A stretch of 62,873 nt of DNA, filler included, from Phoronis australis (GCA_002633005.1; 9 parts of 9 records of this genome joined end to end with filler, not necessarily neighbours in it), one strand, 5' to 3'; shown: positions 41,050 to 55,283, numbered from the whole stretch's first letter. A program made the numbers and translations. Notes: generated by a model not told the origin, from the sequence alone.

Positions 41050-42150
41050 GAGATTGATAGATAGACAATACGTTTATTAACTTATATAACAAAATAGTGA
41101 AATACAATAAAGAAAAAACATATTTGAATATTTATGTATATAAACCGGAGACCCTCAAAGGCAAAAGTTGCTTCAAAGAGAACCACCGAAAATACAACAG
41201 AATGCAACATATGTATATCTCATCTAGAATGGAAGAAAGTATTGTACTTTCCTTGATAATTAGAGGAAGTGAAAACGTAAACAATGAGTTCCCATGACAT
41301 TTGATTTGTAAAATATAGTCTTGAGCACAGGACTGTAGTTGTGATAAACATCAGGGAAGTTGCCTAATAGACTTGGTGAAAAATAGTTTTTAATTGGTCT
41401 GTTGTTTCAATTGTGATAGCAAATAAAAATGTTTTGAAAGTAATGAGGTAGTTGTTTGTGTAAAAATTTGTAATATATATTTCAGGCAGGATGTATAGAG
41501 TGTGTGGTGGAGCAGAGGTATTTTCAATAATTTGTATATTGGATTTGTATGGGCAAAATAGTGTGAGTTAGTGATTATTTGTAAGGCTCGTTTCTGAAGG
41601 ACTTGTAATCTGCTGAAATGTTTAAATCCCCATATTGTGATGCCAAAAGTTGAGTGTGGAACAAACAGTAGTAAATCATACTCAGTGTGAATAGAGGCAG
41701 ATATTTCTTGAGTTTGTTGAGTACACCAAAGGTTTGTGCAATTTCTGTTCCCACCAGATTGACATGTTCAGACCAGGATAAAGAGTTGTCAAACGATATT
41801 TCCAAAAATTTAACCATTTTAACCTATTAAGTTAAGTTTTAATTGTTAATAGTAAGGGAAGTGGAATGCCATGTAATTAGTTTTGGCGATACTAAATGCC
41901 AATTTGTTGATTGATAACCATGTGAACCTAATCTGGCAGCTTATTATTGATTTCAGTGTTGTAGTTGGTTGGTTTTGTAGATGAAGGTGTGTGTATAAGA
42001 CAGTATCATCAGCATACATAAGGGCTCAAGAGAAGTGGATTTTTGGAGGTCGTTAACAACGTAAATAATAACAAAGATTGGACCCAGAATACATGATAGT
42101 TGATTTTGAGAGGGTGAATAGTCAAATAAAACATATTGCACTCAATTGGT
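41050..42150 (-). mobile_element. 5'-truncated decayed non-LTR retrotransposon (CR1/L2 group)
   Basis: LGP.F.IIY.NDL, YADDT, VKFL.I.FD..LSW..HV remnants; AATAAA and short-repeat tail at 41050-41080. Confidence 0.75.
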
Positions 42151-42638
42151 TAAATGAGTTTTGAAGAATAAATGCTTGACTGAATGACTTGAATTGCTGC
42201 GTCAATCACCAACATTCAAGATCCAATGAGTGTGGTAATGCTTTTAAAGCCCAAACTACTTCCGTTATGAATTGAATATTGACAGCTAAACAGTGGTGAA
42301 ATGCAGTTTTAAATGACTTTATAAGTATTAATTGTAGACTCAGAATTAAAAATATATATTTTAAAATCCTAGTTTAGCACTGAATTGGTAGACAAAAATA
42401 AGGCCCAGATGTTCAAAATCACCTGACTGTGTTTCTTTTTAAAAATCGTGTTTTTACGAAGGTCAACATATTTTCCACAAACATGATTTTTTGCAAGAAA
42501 TTCTCTAATTCTGTTTATTTTATAAGCCACAAGAGTGCGTCCTTGAATTTCTTTTATGGCCTTTTAGCCCACTAAAAAATGTTTTTGATTTCTGACAGTT
42601 GACCAGTTCGCCAAATGATGTCATTATTGCCTTAAATT

Positions 42639-43492
42639 ACAAGAGCAACGAGGAGCGTTGAAATGTGCCCGCGAATGCACTGCAAAGGGGGTGCTTCTAG
42701 GTTGCTTATTTGTATCATAAAATGGCCACTAGATGGTGCAAAAACGTCCAATCCATTCGAAAACAGGAACATGTCATTGCTTTTTTAATAGAAGGCTATT
42801 TACCAAATTCATAAAAATCTGTCAAGAAACTTCAGAGAAACAAATGAAAATGGAAAAAATGAAATTGCCACCAGGAGGAACAGCGTTCAGTGCATCTGCC
42901 TAAAAGTAGTCGTCGTCTGTTGTTAGCTTCATATAAACACTTACTTAATTTAATAAAGATCCTGCAATGGGTTTAGGACATAGCGCTATGGGCTCAAAAC
43001 AAAACTACCACTAGGAGGGGACACAGTAGTCAAAGTCGTCATCGTCAATTGTCCCCTTCACACTGAGAACATGTACGCCAATTTTCAAAATCATTCTTAG
43101 AATGGTTTGGTTGACAGAGTGAAGACTCAAAAACAGAAAAAATGGCCAATGGGTTTTACAAAATACCTCGATTCTATCCAAAAACAGGAGGATGGCGTCA
43201 CCTCATTAACAGATGCCTATATGCCAAATTTTATGAAAATACATGGAGGACCTTTGAAGATACAGAGGTAAGCGTAAAAAACTAAAATTGCCACTAGGGA
43301 GCACACCGGTAGTCAGATCCGTTTGAAAGTTCGCTCATGTCGTCCCATCTATGCAAAGAACATATGCAAAACTTCATGAACATACCTCAAAGGGCTTTGG
43401 AGATAGAGCAGCAGACGCCAGACGCCCACACAGACAGACCAAGGGAGATGACAGCATTTTATGCATCCACATATAGATATGTGGGCATATAA
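42639..43492 (+). mobile_element. Helentron/HINE-like non-autonomous element
   Basis: ACAAGAG start, diverged internal subrepeats (aaaattgccactagg), CAGA microsatellite, 3' hairpin ccacatat..atatgtgg; homologous to 62013-62680. Confidence 0.7.
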
Positions 43493-45357
43493 CAAGCTCA
43501 ATGTTAATGTAGGACCTTATAGACAAGTCTGTGTATATACCCAGTAGTTTAATTTCTACAAAACTATGGGTTTTTAACTTAATAAAGAATAGTAGAAACT
43601 CACCAGTTTAGGACACAATATGATTAAATTAACACTTTTTACACTGTTCACATTCTGCCCCATAGCTATCATTAGAAAATATTTTGGAAAATTGTGGGCA
43701 TTCATTGTTATATTAGAAGACCTTGAAAAACAAAAAAGGTAATTAGGGCATTTTTCAAGTCTCCTACATTACCTTGACAACAGCTGGTTATAGTCCATTT
43801 AAACTGATAATTATGGGGTAACAAGGCAAGTAAATGTGCAAGTACATTTTTCACTGCAGAGAATGTGGGACACTGCACATCAGATACATTGCGTCAGACA
43901 CATTGCGTATTTCCGTTGTGGAGAACAGTTATTGATACCTCATGTAATCCATATTCACACCATTTCACTAGGTCCTGTGTCAAAAGTAACCAGTTTTTAT
44001 TGACCAGAGACTCCTAAGTCAAATGAAAGTTTGAGTAAAATGTCATGCACTGTGTCATTCGACAATGTGTACCTGCTTCACACTCCTACCTGAGGTACTA
44101 GAAATGTACACAAAGACATATACAAACAAGAGCAAAGTGTGGTGTTGATATGCACCTATCCTGTGCATGGCCTATTACTTCAAACATTGTCACTCAACAG
44201 AGCAATTGCCAGTAAACTTAGTAATAGCCTCCAGACGATGCAAAGCAACTGAATTTAAATTTGCTAAAAATGAAGCCAATCCCATGTGGAATTTAGCCAA
44301 AAATAAAGGACCATAGATTTTTCTAGACTAAACAAACACATATTGAAAGTAAGTATTTTGCTTGACTGTATAATATAAATATATTACCAAAATTACATAT
44401 AATTCTGAAGACGCCCAGGTGTTGAATGATATTGTAGCATTAAACTTATGTAGGAGTGTGTAAATACCCAAATTTGGCAAACTTCACAACACCATATCTC
44501 AGAAATGACCGATGGGATTCATATTAAACTTTCAGATGCCATGGATTACACAGTGTTCTCCAAACCATTGTTTAGAAATGTTTTTATATTTTCCACTTTT
44601 GCATCAGGGGCTATCAAAAATAGGACTTTTATGTGACGGGACGTTCGTAACTTTACGCTTATTGTTATTCTTATTTAGTTGCAAATGTTCAGTTATTCTT
44701 ATGCTAANACTAAAGCTGGTGATTTTTCAAACTGTTTGACATCTGAAATTGAGTTCCCTGTGAAAAGTTTTGATAGGCTCATTTTACCGAAGATACATGA
44801 TAAAAATTAGTGTCTCAGGTAAACCTTTGGTTAATTCTGTGATAAATATTATTCCATTTGGTAATAAATCTTTTAACCATGGTAGACACTGTGAGTCACG
44901 ATAACGGTCAAAACACCGTGGGAACACTTAAAAATGAATTAATTAGATTGATATCTGGATTTGGGAACACCTGACATCTATAGTTGAAACCAAATCGAAG
45001 CTTTTTGTTAATCAGTACAATAATTTTTCACTTATTTCACACAAAATAAATTACCGTAGTATATTATCTTGATAGTCATTGTGTGCCACGTAAACTGAAA
45101 ATATAAACTTCGTAGCTGCCACATGTGCAAAATTAAACCTCACCAACTACTCGCGTGTAAATTTAATGAAATGTGGCCTATGGTTTGCCAATGTAATCCA
45201 ATTAACAGCAATTAAGTTACTTTAACCTGTTCCGATATAAGAGTACCTTATCCCATCTTGGTGAAACACACTTTTGAGCACTGGAATTGATGATAGGGCT
45301 TTGTGGTGATTTTTCAAAATGCAAAACTGACTATGAGGTACAATAAACTCCCACCAT

Positions 45358-45573
45358 AAAAAACTAAAATTGTCACTAGGGAGCACAGCAGTAGTCAGAA
45401 CAGTCCAAAATTCGTCATCATCAGTCCTTAGCTTCCTAATAACACACTAGCCAAATATCAGTAAGATCCTGCAAGGGGTTTAGGAGATACAGCAGCGGAC
45501 GCCAGACACCAGTCACGCTCAGACACCCAAGCAGCGATGACGACATTGCACTCAAATATGTGAGCGCATAAAA
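45358..45573 (+). mobile_element. 3' fragment of the same family
   Basis: aaaattgtcactagggagcac subrepeat, gacgccagac, terminal hairpin. Confidence 0.6.
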
Positions 45574-45880
45574 TTGATCAACTTACCAAACTTTGTGGTA
45601 GAAACATATTCTATTTTTTATGTAAGATGTCCTGATTATCCAATTACAATATACCCGACAATATCGCATGGCTGCACTTGCCATCTCGCTGTTTGTGCGC
45701 AAGGTCCTGGCAGACGATCGTGACTCGGATGACATCAATGTGTCAATGTGCATCTCCCTTTTATCACAAGACAACAAAAANNNNNNNNNNNNNNNNNNNN
45801 NNNNNNNNNNNNNNNNNNNNNNNNTTAATTAATTAANNNNNNNNNNNNNNNNNNNNNNNNNNNNNNNNNNNNNNNNNNNN

Positions 45881-46168
45881 GAGTTAGCAAGAAATTCACA
45901 GTCAAAGCACAAAAATCTTCCCAAAAAGCCTGTGCAGAGCAGCTCCCATGTCCCACGCGAAGGTTAAGGATGGTACGGAATTATCCGATGAGTTATGGAT
46001 GAATGGCAGTTGCTGATTTGTCATGAAAGGTTACGAAGTGATCTGGATAAGTGTGGAGTTATCAATGTTATGATATTTCCTGACAAATCGGCAATTTCCA
46101 TGGGAGTCGGTATCCACGGGCTTTTTCTGAAGATTTTTGTGCTTTGACCGCGAATTTCTTGCGAACTC
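45881..46168. repeat. Imperfect inverted repeat (hairpin element truncated by contig edge)
   Basis: gagttagcaagaaattc..gtcaaagcacaaaaatcttc versus gaagatttttgtgctttgac..gaatttcttgcgaactc. Confidence 0.75.
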
Positions 46169-46341
46169 GGCGGAGCAGGACACAGTAAATGGTATTGGGA
46201 GAAAGATTCATTCCTCATGGTTTGTTGAACCTGTTTTGTGTAAATTTATTGACTTATGTGTTTGCTATGGACAGCAGAAGTGAAGCAACCGTGGAATTCC
46301 AAGTCCCAAGTGTCATACCTTGTAGTATATACGGTATATAT

Positions 46342-46527
46342 CATGGGCGGTGCAGCGCTGAAAAAAGTGGGGGGCTAAAGCCCCCTCAGCCCCCAGTGTC
46401 GCTTTGGTGCACCGCCTCTAGACTACGTGTGGCGCAGCACTGAAAAAAGTGGAGGGCTATAGCCCCCTCAGCCCCNAAATGGGGGGCTATAGCCCCCCCC
46501 CCAGCCCGCTATGGTGCGCCGCCCATG
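46342..46527. mobile_element. Second member of the CATGGGCG MITE family, also multimeric
   Basis: CATGGGCGG...CCGCCCATG termini, gggggctatagccccc core, tatat on both flanks. Confidence 0.7.
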
Positions 46528-46816
46528 TATATAGTGTATTGGGGACGATCAGAAGACGCCTGTTTATTCATATAGGTTCGTAGATGGTTCGTCTTTCATG
46601 CGATGCAATGCTCGTGTGATATTTATTATGACTCTAAGCCGTGCACTTCTGGAACGATTTTCTAATGGACATGACATCATTTAAGAGCTCAGCAAAATAA
46701 GCTTTATCAAAATAATACATCATAAATTTAATGCTTTTCAAAATCTCTACAGAATTTAGAAGTCAAAATGGCAATCAAATGCCGAATGGACAAAAGCGAT
46801 AAGTGAACGTCTGGCG

Positions 46817-47726
46817 TAGGCAATGACCATCGCCTCTGTTGGCCCGAAGCAGAGGCGATGCAGAGGCTATAGGCGCTCTGTACGCCGGAAGCTTTTCGAC
46901 GAATTATGCCTCGCACCGACTAAACCATCAAAGTCACGCTGTTTTTTGCGCATAGAGGAACACTTTAGGAGGTTGTCGATGTGTTTAAGTCCTTCCAACT
47001 CGAACAAATACTCCTGTTATGAAACTTTTTCTTCGAGCAGTCCCTATTTCAGTTCCCAAAATCGTAAAATCAAAATTTTCATTTTTTTAACCAGGCCGAA
47101 GGTCAGATGTTACGATCCTACCGGCGAACTTTGAAAGCTGAAGTTCCCGCCCTTTGCGTACGTGCTGCCGGGAACCATTCGTGCCGTGTTGTTAAACATT
47201 AAAATGTCAAATATGTGCACAAAGACTATTAAATGTCATATCAACAGCATTTATTTTTATCAAATACAAACAATAATTCATTGAAATACAAACAGTTTCA
47301 AGTAACGCCAATTAAAGACAAGTATAAGTGGTGGATTTGTGGAAACGAACATTTGACTGACAAGACCGCAATGGCTCACCTTTGGCCTATTTAAAAATTT
47401 AGGTGATGAAGTCACCTAGCGAGCGCGGTAAAAATTGGAGCGTGCGCAGTACAAAAATTTTGATTTCACGATTTTGGGAACTGAAATAGGGACTGCTCGA
47501 AGAAAAAGTTTCATAACGGGAGTATTTGTTCAAGTTGGAAGGACTTAAACACATCGACAACCTCCTAAGGTGTTCTTCTATGCGCAAAAGGTATTTATAA
47601 CAACGTGACTTTGATGGTTCTAGTCAGTGCGAGGCATAATTCGCCGAAAAGCTTCCGGCGTACAGAGCGCCTATAGCCTCTACATCGCCTCTGCTTCGGG
47701 CCAACAGAGGCGATGGTCATTGCCTA
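46817..47726. mobile_element. 910-bp non-autonomous DNA transposon, ~270-bp TIRs, 9-bp TSD (AcademH-like or MULE)
   Basis: TAGGCAATGACC...GGTCATTGCCTA termini; CGTCTGGCG at 46808-46816 and 47727-47735. Confidence 0.88.
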
Positions 47727-48968
47727 CGTCTGGCGATGGATCGTCCGATAACCATGTAATTCGGTCAGTGAAAAGCAAAAAATGGTGGAAAGTGCAAAAA
47801 ACTTCAACTTACCCTGATTCGTTTCTTGCATCTCTCACGAGGCCTCATATCTGCTCTGCTGTAAATTAGCCCAGTGGCTACCGCCCCACCTAGCGGCACA
47901 AAGGAAACCAGCGAGTTGTAGAGTACCGGATTCCTCAGGCTGAATAAAGCAAACATACTATAAAATCTTTGAATAAAGGCCCAGGTCGTATATTTCGAAG
48001 AAATCAGTTTGGGAATGGCAACTGGAAAATTCGATACAGGGACATTTTCTTCACGAATCGATGTAACATTGTCAGTCTTACATCATGGCCCCCCTCAATA
48101 AAACACTCCCAGATTCCATTTGGCACTTCGGAGGTGCGCCGTGTGCTAGTGACGTGCAAAGTCGTGGCTAATAATCTGCCCTGGCCAGCNNNNNNNNNNN
48201 NNNNNNNNNNNNNNNNNNNNNNNNNNNNNNNNNTTAATTAATTAANNNNNNNNNNNNNNNNNNNNNNNNNNNNNNNNNNNNNNNNNNNNTTTAAAGATAC
48301 ACTTCAAGCTGGTAATTACAGGTATCGGTGTATAACTTAATGTTTATATATAGGAGACTCGCGCCTGTGCCAACTGAAATGCACTTGACCTTTTCAACCA
48401 TTCAGCATTCCACTGACAGTTGTGTCTTCATAAAGTTCAGCATCCATACATGTCTCGTAATTACCGATTTGAAGTGCGTTTTTTATTGTCCCGGTAATTC
48501 TAATTAGAAACAACTCGGATAACAGTGAGCGGCTGATGGGACTGCCTATACTTGGGTTAGGTATTTACATCACCTACGGCATACACAAGCAATGGCATAA
48601 CCCTACAAAAAGTTGCTCGTTCCAAAATACGGCAACATCAAATCAAAACATGCATTGAGCTATAATTATCACACACTACGATTCTGGAGACTTCAAGACA
48701 ATTTAGTCTAGAAACATATTGCTATGGCCTAACTCGCGTGATACATTGTGATTACCGCGCGTGTTAACGGACACCAAAAACTGGAGTTTTTTTCTTCGCA
48801 AAAGTCATCTTCCCTTAGACATGCCTCATCGAGGACATGTATAGGACAAGAAAGGATAACTGAAGAAAGTACTAGTAAGTGCTTTCAAGTTTTTAAGTGT
48901 AAAATGTATTTTTGACAAGCTGAAACTTCTTATTTGGTGAGTGGATTTGGCCTACCGACCGTTTAAAA

Positions 48969-49140
48969 TACACAGGATGAAATTAACACAAACTGATGAG
49001 GAGTGTTGTAGCCCCTAGCCAGCCAGTCAATGGTTTGCCTATGGCTACGCTTGAGTTAAGCAACAAGTAGCCCCTCGCCAGCTGCCTATCTAGGGGCTAC
49101 AATACTCCCCATTGGTTTCTGTACAAATCTCATGTGTGTA
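48969..49140. repeat. Imperfect palindromic element
   Basis: ggagtgttgtagcccctag versus ctaggggctacaatactcc arms. Confidence 0.65.
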
Positions 49141-51959
49141 ACTAAATGAACTGCATAAAACTACCAACTAGACAGCATTCATTTAATATTAATGGCCGTG
49201 TCTTCACTATTACTAACTAGAAACTTAACTGTCCCATTACTTTTAATCAGTAAAAACTCGGCTTCTCGTCAGCCATATTGGATCGCTCTTGTATACTTTC
49301 TGTACACTAGTATAACAGTGAGCAGCTGATGCGAATGTCTGTGTTACCAAAAACACCCAACACATCAACAACTAGTAGCCAATACTCAGCTCTTAAACAG
49401 AGTTGAAGGTCTACTGGAGGTCTTTTCACCACATGGTGAAATGGTTATAAACCAAAAGAATGGGAGGAAAATTCTTGTTTAGTAGGTTAGGACTAACCAT
49501 ACCAAATTCCCTTGACACGTTTAAAAAAACTGCAAATGGTCTTATCGGTTTTATTTCTACTCCTTTTGCCTGCCTCTAACAACAACGAATAAAATCCTCT
49601 GGCATCTTCTACTCTTAGTTTTTGACCTAATGACTTCATGAAGTGACCCGAACATCAGCCAGTGAGCCCAGTGAATGCTTGAGTTCACCGGTAGGTTAAA
49701 AAATAGAAATAGCGGAGTGACAGGAGAACAGTAAAAAGTCGAATCTTTGAAGTTCTTACGAAGGGCTTGATTTCCGTGCAGTTAGATTCGTCGTATTAAT
49801 TCTGGGGAAAAATGTGTTCACGTGATCTAAGTTTCGACACATGCTGGCTAATGTTTGACGTGCAGTTTGCGTGTGATGTGTATGGCACTTCATTCTACAC
49901 TTAAAATGCAGACTTCCAACCCTATTTAAATATGCAAAAGGTACCCACTCATCCAAGGCTTTACCACAAACTGGTGGCGCTGTGTGTAATATCCTGCTTC
50001 GCTAACAGGTAGCGCTGCTTTTAAGCAGTCATGTCACTTGTTTATAGCGGGTAATCAGACAAGCAGACAGCCTTCGACTTTGATAAACTTGTTGCAATTT
50101 TTGTGTATAATCTTGACTCAACTCAACAGTCCCTTTCAGGACTAACCCACCAGTCCTTTTCAGGACAACTTATTATTCATTTGTTCCTTAAAATATTTTA
50201 GTGTGATTTATATTGTAGTGTTCATTAAAAGGTTATAAGAATCGTATTCTCCTAGTGTGTTAAACTGTGAAAAATTGCTGAGAGACTGGCACCTCTATTG
50301 TAGGTGCCAATTCTGCTAATTCACACCTTTTTTGTGGGGTAGATTTTTCTGTAGGAAGTCAGCCAGTGCACCATTTGGGGTTGAGGCCAATGAAATGGGT
50401 CTTTAGCAAGGACGAAATGGAAACATAGTGGCCTTTTGGACCTCACGCGGGTTCCGCAAAACTTGTTGAAAAAGTACTGTCTACCTGCATTTATTGGTAC
50501 ACACCAGCTGGCACCTTGTCAATATGAGTGATTCCATACGTTCCCCTTAATCAAGTCTTTTGGAAATTCCGTCGAATGGACACAATGAACCATACATTTT
50601 GAATTAAAATTCACTTTCCGACTATTTTGAGACTGTCGTGTTGCGACAAAAGACCCCGAAAACATATCGACCGTGGCTTTTGAGCGATCTGCCCTGAAAA
50701 AACACCCACGGCACAGCTTCCCTCTCATCAGCATTGGTCACCGCCTCTAAAATCCACCTCCATTATAAAAGCCGACATGTACTGCCGCTAAAGCCACCGC
50801 CGCCGCCGCCAACATCACCCCCAGCCAACATCACCCCCAGCCAACCCCCCCCTGGACACAGCCTTATGTGGGTTCCTCGAGAACAGGATTGTTGTGGCAA
50901 GATTTGCCTCTCTTGGCGATAAAGTGACAAACCATGTGATTGGTGCAAAGTGCCACCTGTTTGCGGTAAAGCCTTGGAGGAATGGATACCTTTTGCATTT
51001 AAGGCCAAATTTAAGGGTTGGTTTACAGTAGAGTTCAACAACGGGTAAATGGCGACTAAATTAGTTGTATGTCGAAACCAATTGCAAAATGAATCAATCA
51101 CAGAAATTGGTTAGGCCTACTCACGGATACTATAAGTTGCTAAACGATTGATGCTTCACGAATTTCACGCCCACATTTCTCCTGTTTTATTCAGCCGAGC
51201 CAAAATCGCCAACATCACCTCCTCCAAATCGGGTTTCCGGTTGTCACTAAAAAGCTAGTTCGACTAATTACTAATCCTTGCACAGTGTCTTATTTAGCAT
51301 CGAAAGCTCAATAGATGGTATGAATAGTTTACTGAAGAGAAATGGTGGTAACGTTATATGGATAATTGTCTGTTTTTAATGAAATCTATTCGAAATCTAC
51401 TTTTAGCGTATTTCCTGTCAGCGCGAAAAACAAAACAAAAAGCAAGTGGGTCAAAACGTGTGCGTTTTTCATTTAGTTACCGTCGAGGAGTGAGGTAAGT
51501 ATATCTTCATGTGTAACGGGAAATGCAATTTTACGTCTCTGTCCATTTGATTTGTCGTTAAAGTTTAGAGTCGAACTTTTGACTTGAGCTTGACCTGTGG
51601 CTGTGTGTGAACTNNNNNNNNNNNNNNNNNNNNNNNNNNNNNNNNNNNNNNNNNNNNTTAATTAATTAANNNNNNNNNNNNNNNNNNNNNNNNNNNNNNN
51701 NNNNNNNNNNNNNATTATGCATTTATTAACATAAAATTTAAAAACACAATTTTACGTAAAATATGCCAAAGACGGCAAAACTATTACTTCGTTAAAAAGC
51801 TCCCTTTTCCAAATAAATGCCCGAGCTTTTACTTGGTGTTTACTAAAACGCCTGAAAATTTTCAGTTTCCAAATACCCGCCCATGGGTTTGTCTACGGAT
51901 ATTCCCGGTATGACTGTGACCCAAGGAGTTCACTTTGCTCTGTTCGGCAGTCCACGTTG

Positions 51960-52749
51960 AATTGAAAAGCATCACTACGTCTGCATCTCGTTTACCCTTT
52001 GCAAATTTAGCAGACCTGTTCTTATGGAGATGGCAACGGATGGCGGCGAGTTTCAGACGAACCTAACAACAGCTGTGCTCATTTAGTAGCAATTTTATTT
52101 TTTACGTTTGCCTCTGCATCTTCCGAGAGTTCCTCCAGTGATGCTTTTTAATGAAATTTAGCAAACAGTTTTTATTATAAAGACGACAGCACCTGTCCTT
52201 TCTGTGGAGGATTCGACGTATTCTGCACCAACTAGTGGACAATTTAATTAGTTTCCATACTGTTTTTTCGTTTTTTGTTCTGTATCTCCAACCGCGCAGA
52301 ACGGGATGATTATGAAAATTGGCAGATGTGTTCCTACCTACAACAGCACGCGTGCCGAACGTGGATTTTCAAACTGATCCAACTAGTAACGTGGTGCCCC
52401 CTAGAAACATTTTCCGCATCTCAGTACAACCGCATCTCCTAAAGCGCTTGCAGGATGTTTAAGAAATTTTGAAATTGTGTTCCTATTAACTTGACAGCAG
52501 TCGTTCCTAATGGCGATTTTTCAGTTTCAGGGCCTTTGTTTCTTCGGAGTCATTCTTTGACGGGTTTTCATGAAATTTGGCAAATAGTTTTGAGAGACGA
52601 CGACACCCTCCCTTTCATTATTGACTGGGCTTAATATATTCTGTGTTTCTAATGAATAGTTTTTATGATAAAAATAAACATCCCTAGAAGCCCTCCGACA
52701 GCGGTGCAGCCGTCGACGCATTTCAACCGCTCGGCGCAGTGATCTTGTT
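51960..52749 (-). mobile_element. Related Helentron/HINE-like element, minus strand
   Basis: Reverse complement starts AACAAGATC...GAGCGGTTGAAATGCG, like 42639 and 62013; internal subrepeats. Confidence 0.55.
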
Positions 52750-54431
52750 AGCCTAAATGTGCACTGAATGTTTTCAAAGTATGTAAATAATTTGCGAGTG
52801 AAATAGCGATCCCAAAATATGTCTTGTCAAATTTAATAAAACAGTTACTGAAATGACGCTCGTGGGGCGAATTTTTTTTTAAAAAGTCCGAAAATATGCC
52901 TAGGCGTACTTTTGCGTGGGTCTGTTTTCCCGCAAAGTTCCGGTGATCACTTTTTGAGGCAACTCGTACGCTGATACCTTGCACTTAACTTCAGTGGACG
53001 AGAATGCGTGCATCCCTCACCTCACAGTTTCCAGCGAATTTCTTGGCGTATCACAGACTTCGTATAGCTGCATCAGGCATATAGCTACCAGTACGCGTGT
53101 GATACACAAACAACGCGTGCCATGAACACCCCGGCCGAAGCTGGACTCACTTTAAAAGTCACTTGAAACAGAAGAATGATACATGAAATATGGATAAACG
53201 ACCATATCTTGAAAATGCTGTTCAGTCAGCTCGAGTGCCGATGAACATATGGTAAAACCAGGGCCGGATTCAGGATTTTGGGTTAGGGGGAAGGGCAGTG
53301 CAGAGTATTAGCCATGATTTTGGAGGTCTGACAGAACCGAAGCCGAGCCGAGGCAAACGGGGCATACTCCCAGGTAGCCTGCAGTCACGGACTATCATTT
53401 AGTAGGCCCACACAGCTTTGCACTACTGAGGCCGCCGGGATCGACTACGGGGGGCCTGCGTGGACTGAGCGGACTCGGGGACATGCAGTCCCACTGTCAA
53501 GAGAATAATACCCTGTCCGAAATAACCGGAAAAGAAAGGCAACTGATTCAATCATTAAGCACTTCAAAAACAGGAGATGAGCAATAATTAGTGTTATCCC
53601 CACGGCCTCTTCGTTCGGTCCCCCCAAAGCAAAGATTTTACCCAAAGTGTGTGCCCCGATGATACTTCCGTACGCTCTTTAAAGAAGGAGATCATATTGT
53701 TATTGTCCTCAATGGCGGCTCCCTTTGAGTTTGGTGAGGTATGTTCCGACACAAAAATCCTCGTCCTAAGGACCCCATATATTACTCAAGTNNNNNNNNN
53801 NNNNNNNNNNNNNNNNNNNNNNNNNNNNNNNNNNNNNNNNNNNNNNNNNNNNNNNNNNNNNNNNNNNNNNNNNNNNNNNNNNNNNNNNNNNNNNNNNNNN
53901 NNNNNNNNNNNNNNNNNNNNNNNNNNNNNNNNNNNNNNNNNNNNNNNNNNNNNNNNNNNNNNNNNNNNNNNNNNNNNNNNNNNNNNNNNNNNNNNNNNNN
54001 NNNNNNNNNNNNNNNNNNNNNNNNNNNNNNNNNNNNNNNNNNNNNNNNNNNNNNNNNNNNNNNNNNNNNNNNNNNNNNNNNNNNNNNNNNNNNNNNNNNN
54101 NNNNNNNNNNNNNNNNNNNNNNNNNNNNNNNNNNNNNNNNNNNNNNNNNNNNNNNNNNNNNNNNNNNNNNNNNNNNNNNNNNNNNNNNNNNNNNNNNNNN
54201 NNNNNNNNNNNNNNNNNNNNNNNNNNNNNNNNNNNNNNNNNNNNNNNNNNNNNNNNNNNNNNNNNNNNNNNNNNNNNNNNNNNNNNNNNNNNNNNNNNNN
54301 NNNNNNNNNNNNNNNNNNNNNNNNNNNNNNNNNNNNNNNNNNNNNNNNNNNNNNNNNNNNNNNNNNNNNNNNNNNNNNNNNNNNNNNNNNNNNNNNNNNN
54401 NNNNNNNNNNNNNNNNNNNNNNNNNNNNNNN

Positions 54432-55183
54432 GGGGAAAAGGGCTACAGAGGCAATTCTTCAAGGCATGGCAAAGTTAGGCAAAAGTTAGTTATACAAAAA
54501 TGGAAATGGCAGTTATGGTTCCTTAGACCACACAGATTGTGTCTGAGCGAACCTTTATCTAGCTGACTAATATACTTAATTAAAATGTCGAACTTGTGGA
54601 AAAATAAAGCACCGGCTATAAAGAATAAATGAGAGTATGTGTGCGAAGGGAATTGACGTTAGTATGTGGGCTGATGTTCTAACGTTGTGATTATTAATCT
54701 TGCAGAATGTCTAGTAATCGCGGCAACCCGGCTTTATGAAGTGTGTCTTTCAAAAATCGCCTTTGAGCACGCGCTCCCACTGGTGGAGCTATACCTAGCC
54801 TAAAATTAACAAACCCATGTCTTTGCAATGTTTTTGAGCACTCGACTTTAGAATGTAGTGAATGTCCACACTGAAATTAAGCAAATTAAGAAGAAAATAA
54901 CGCCACAGCGGTTCTTAGGACACACAATTCGTCTCCCAACGACTCACTCGTAGATTACAAGAGTGTTATTTTGTCGCTTTGATTCTCCCGTTAGGAATAA
55001 ACAAAAAAAAGAGCTACAAAGGCAGTTCTTCAAGGCCTGGCAAAGTTAGACAAAAGTTAGTTAATACAAAAATGGAAATTGCAACTATGGTTCCTTAGAC
55101 CACACAGTTTGTGTCTGAGCGAACCTTTATCTGACTAAAATATCGTACAACTAATATATACTTAATTAAGATGTCGAACTTGT
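54432..55183. repeat. Direct repeat, period ~570 bp (54440-54596 and 55012-55183)
   Basis: Shared ttcttcaagg..tggttccttagaccacacag..tgtctgagcgaacctttatct..atgtcgaacttgt. Confidence 0.85.
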
Positions 55184-55283
55184 NNNNNNNNNNNNNNNNN
55201 NNNNNNNNNNNNNNNNNNNNNNNNNNNTTAATTAATTAANNNNNNNNNNNNNNNNNNNNNNNNNNNNNNNNNNNNNNNNNNNN

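Noticed and set aside
46728-47869. Paired ORFs MRGIIRRKASG on opposite strands
   Set aside because: Products of the terminal inverted repeats, not genes
53649-54566. Long ORFs of 226-305 aa
   Set aside because: Mostly N gap 53792-54431
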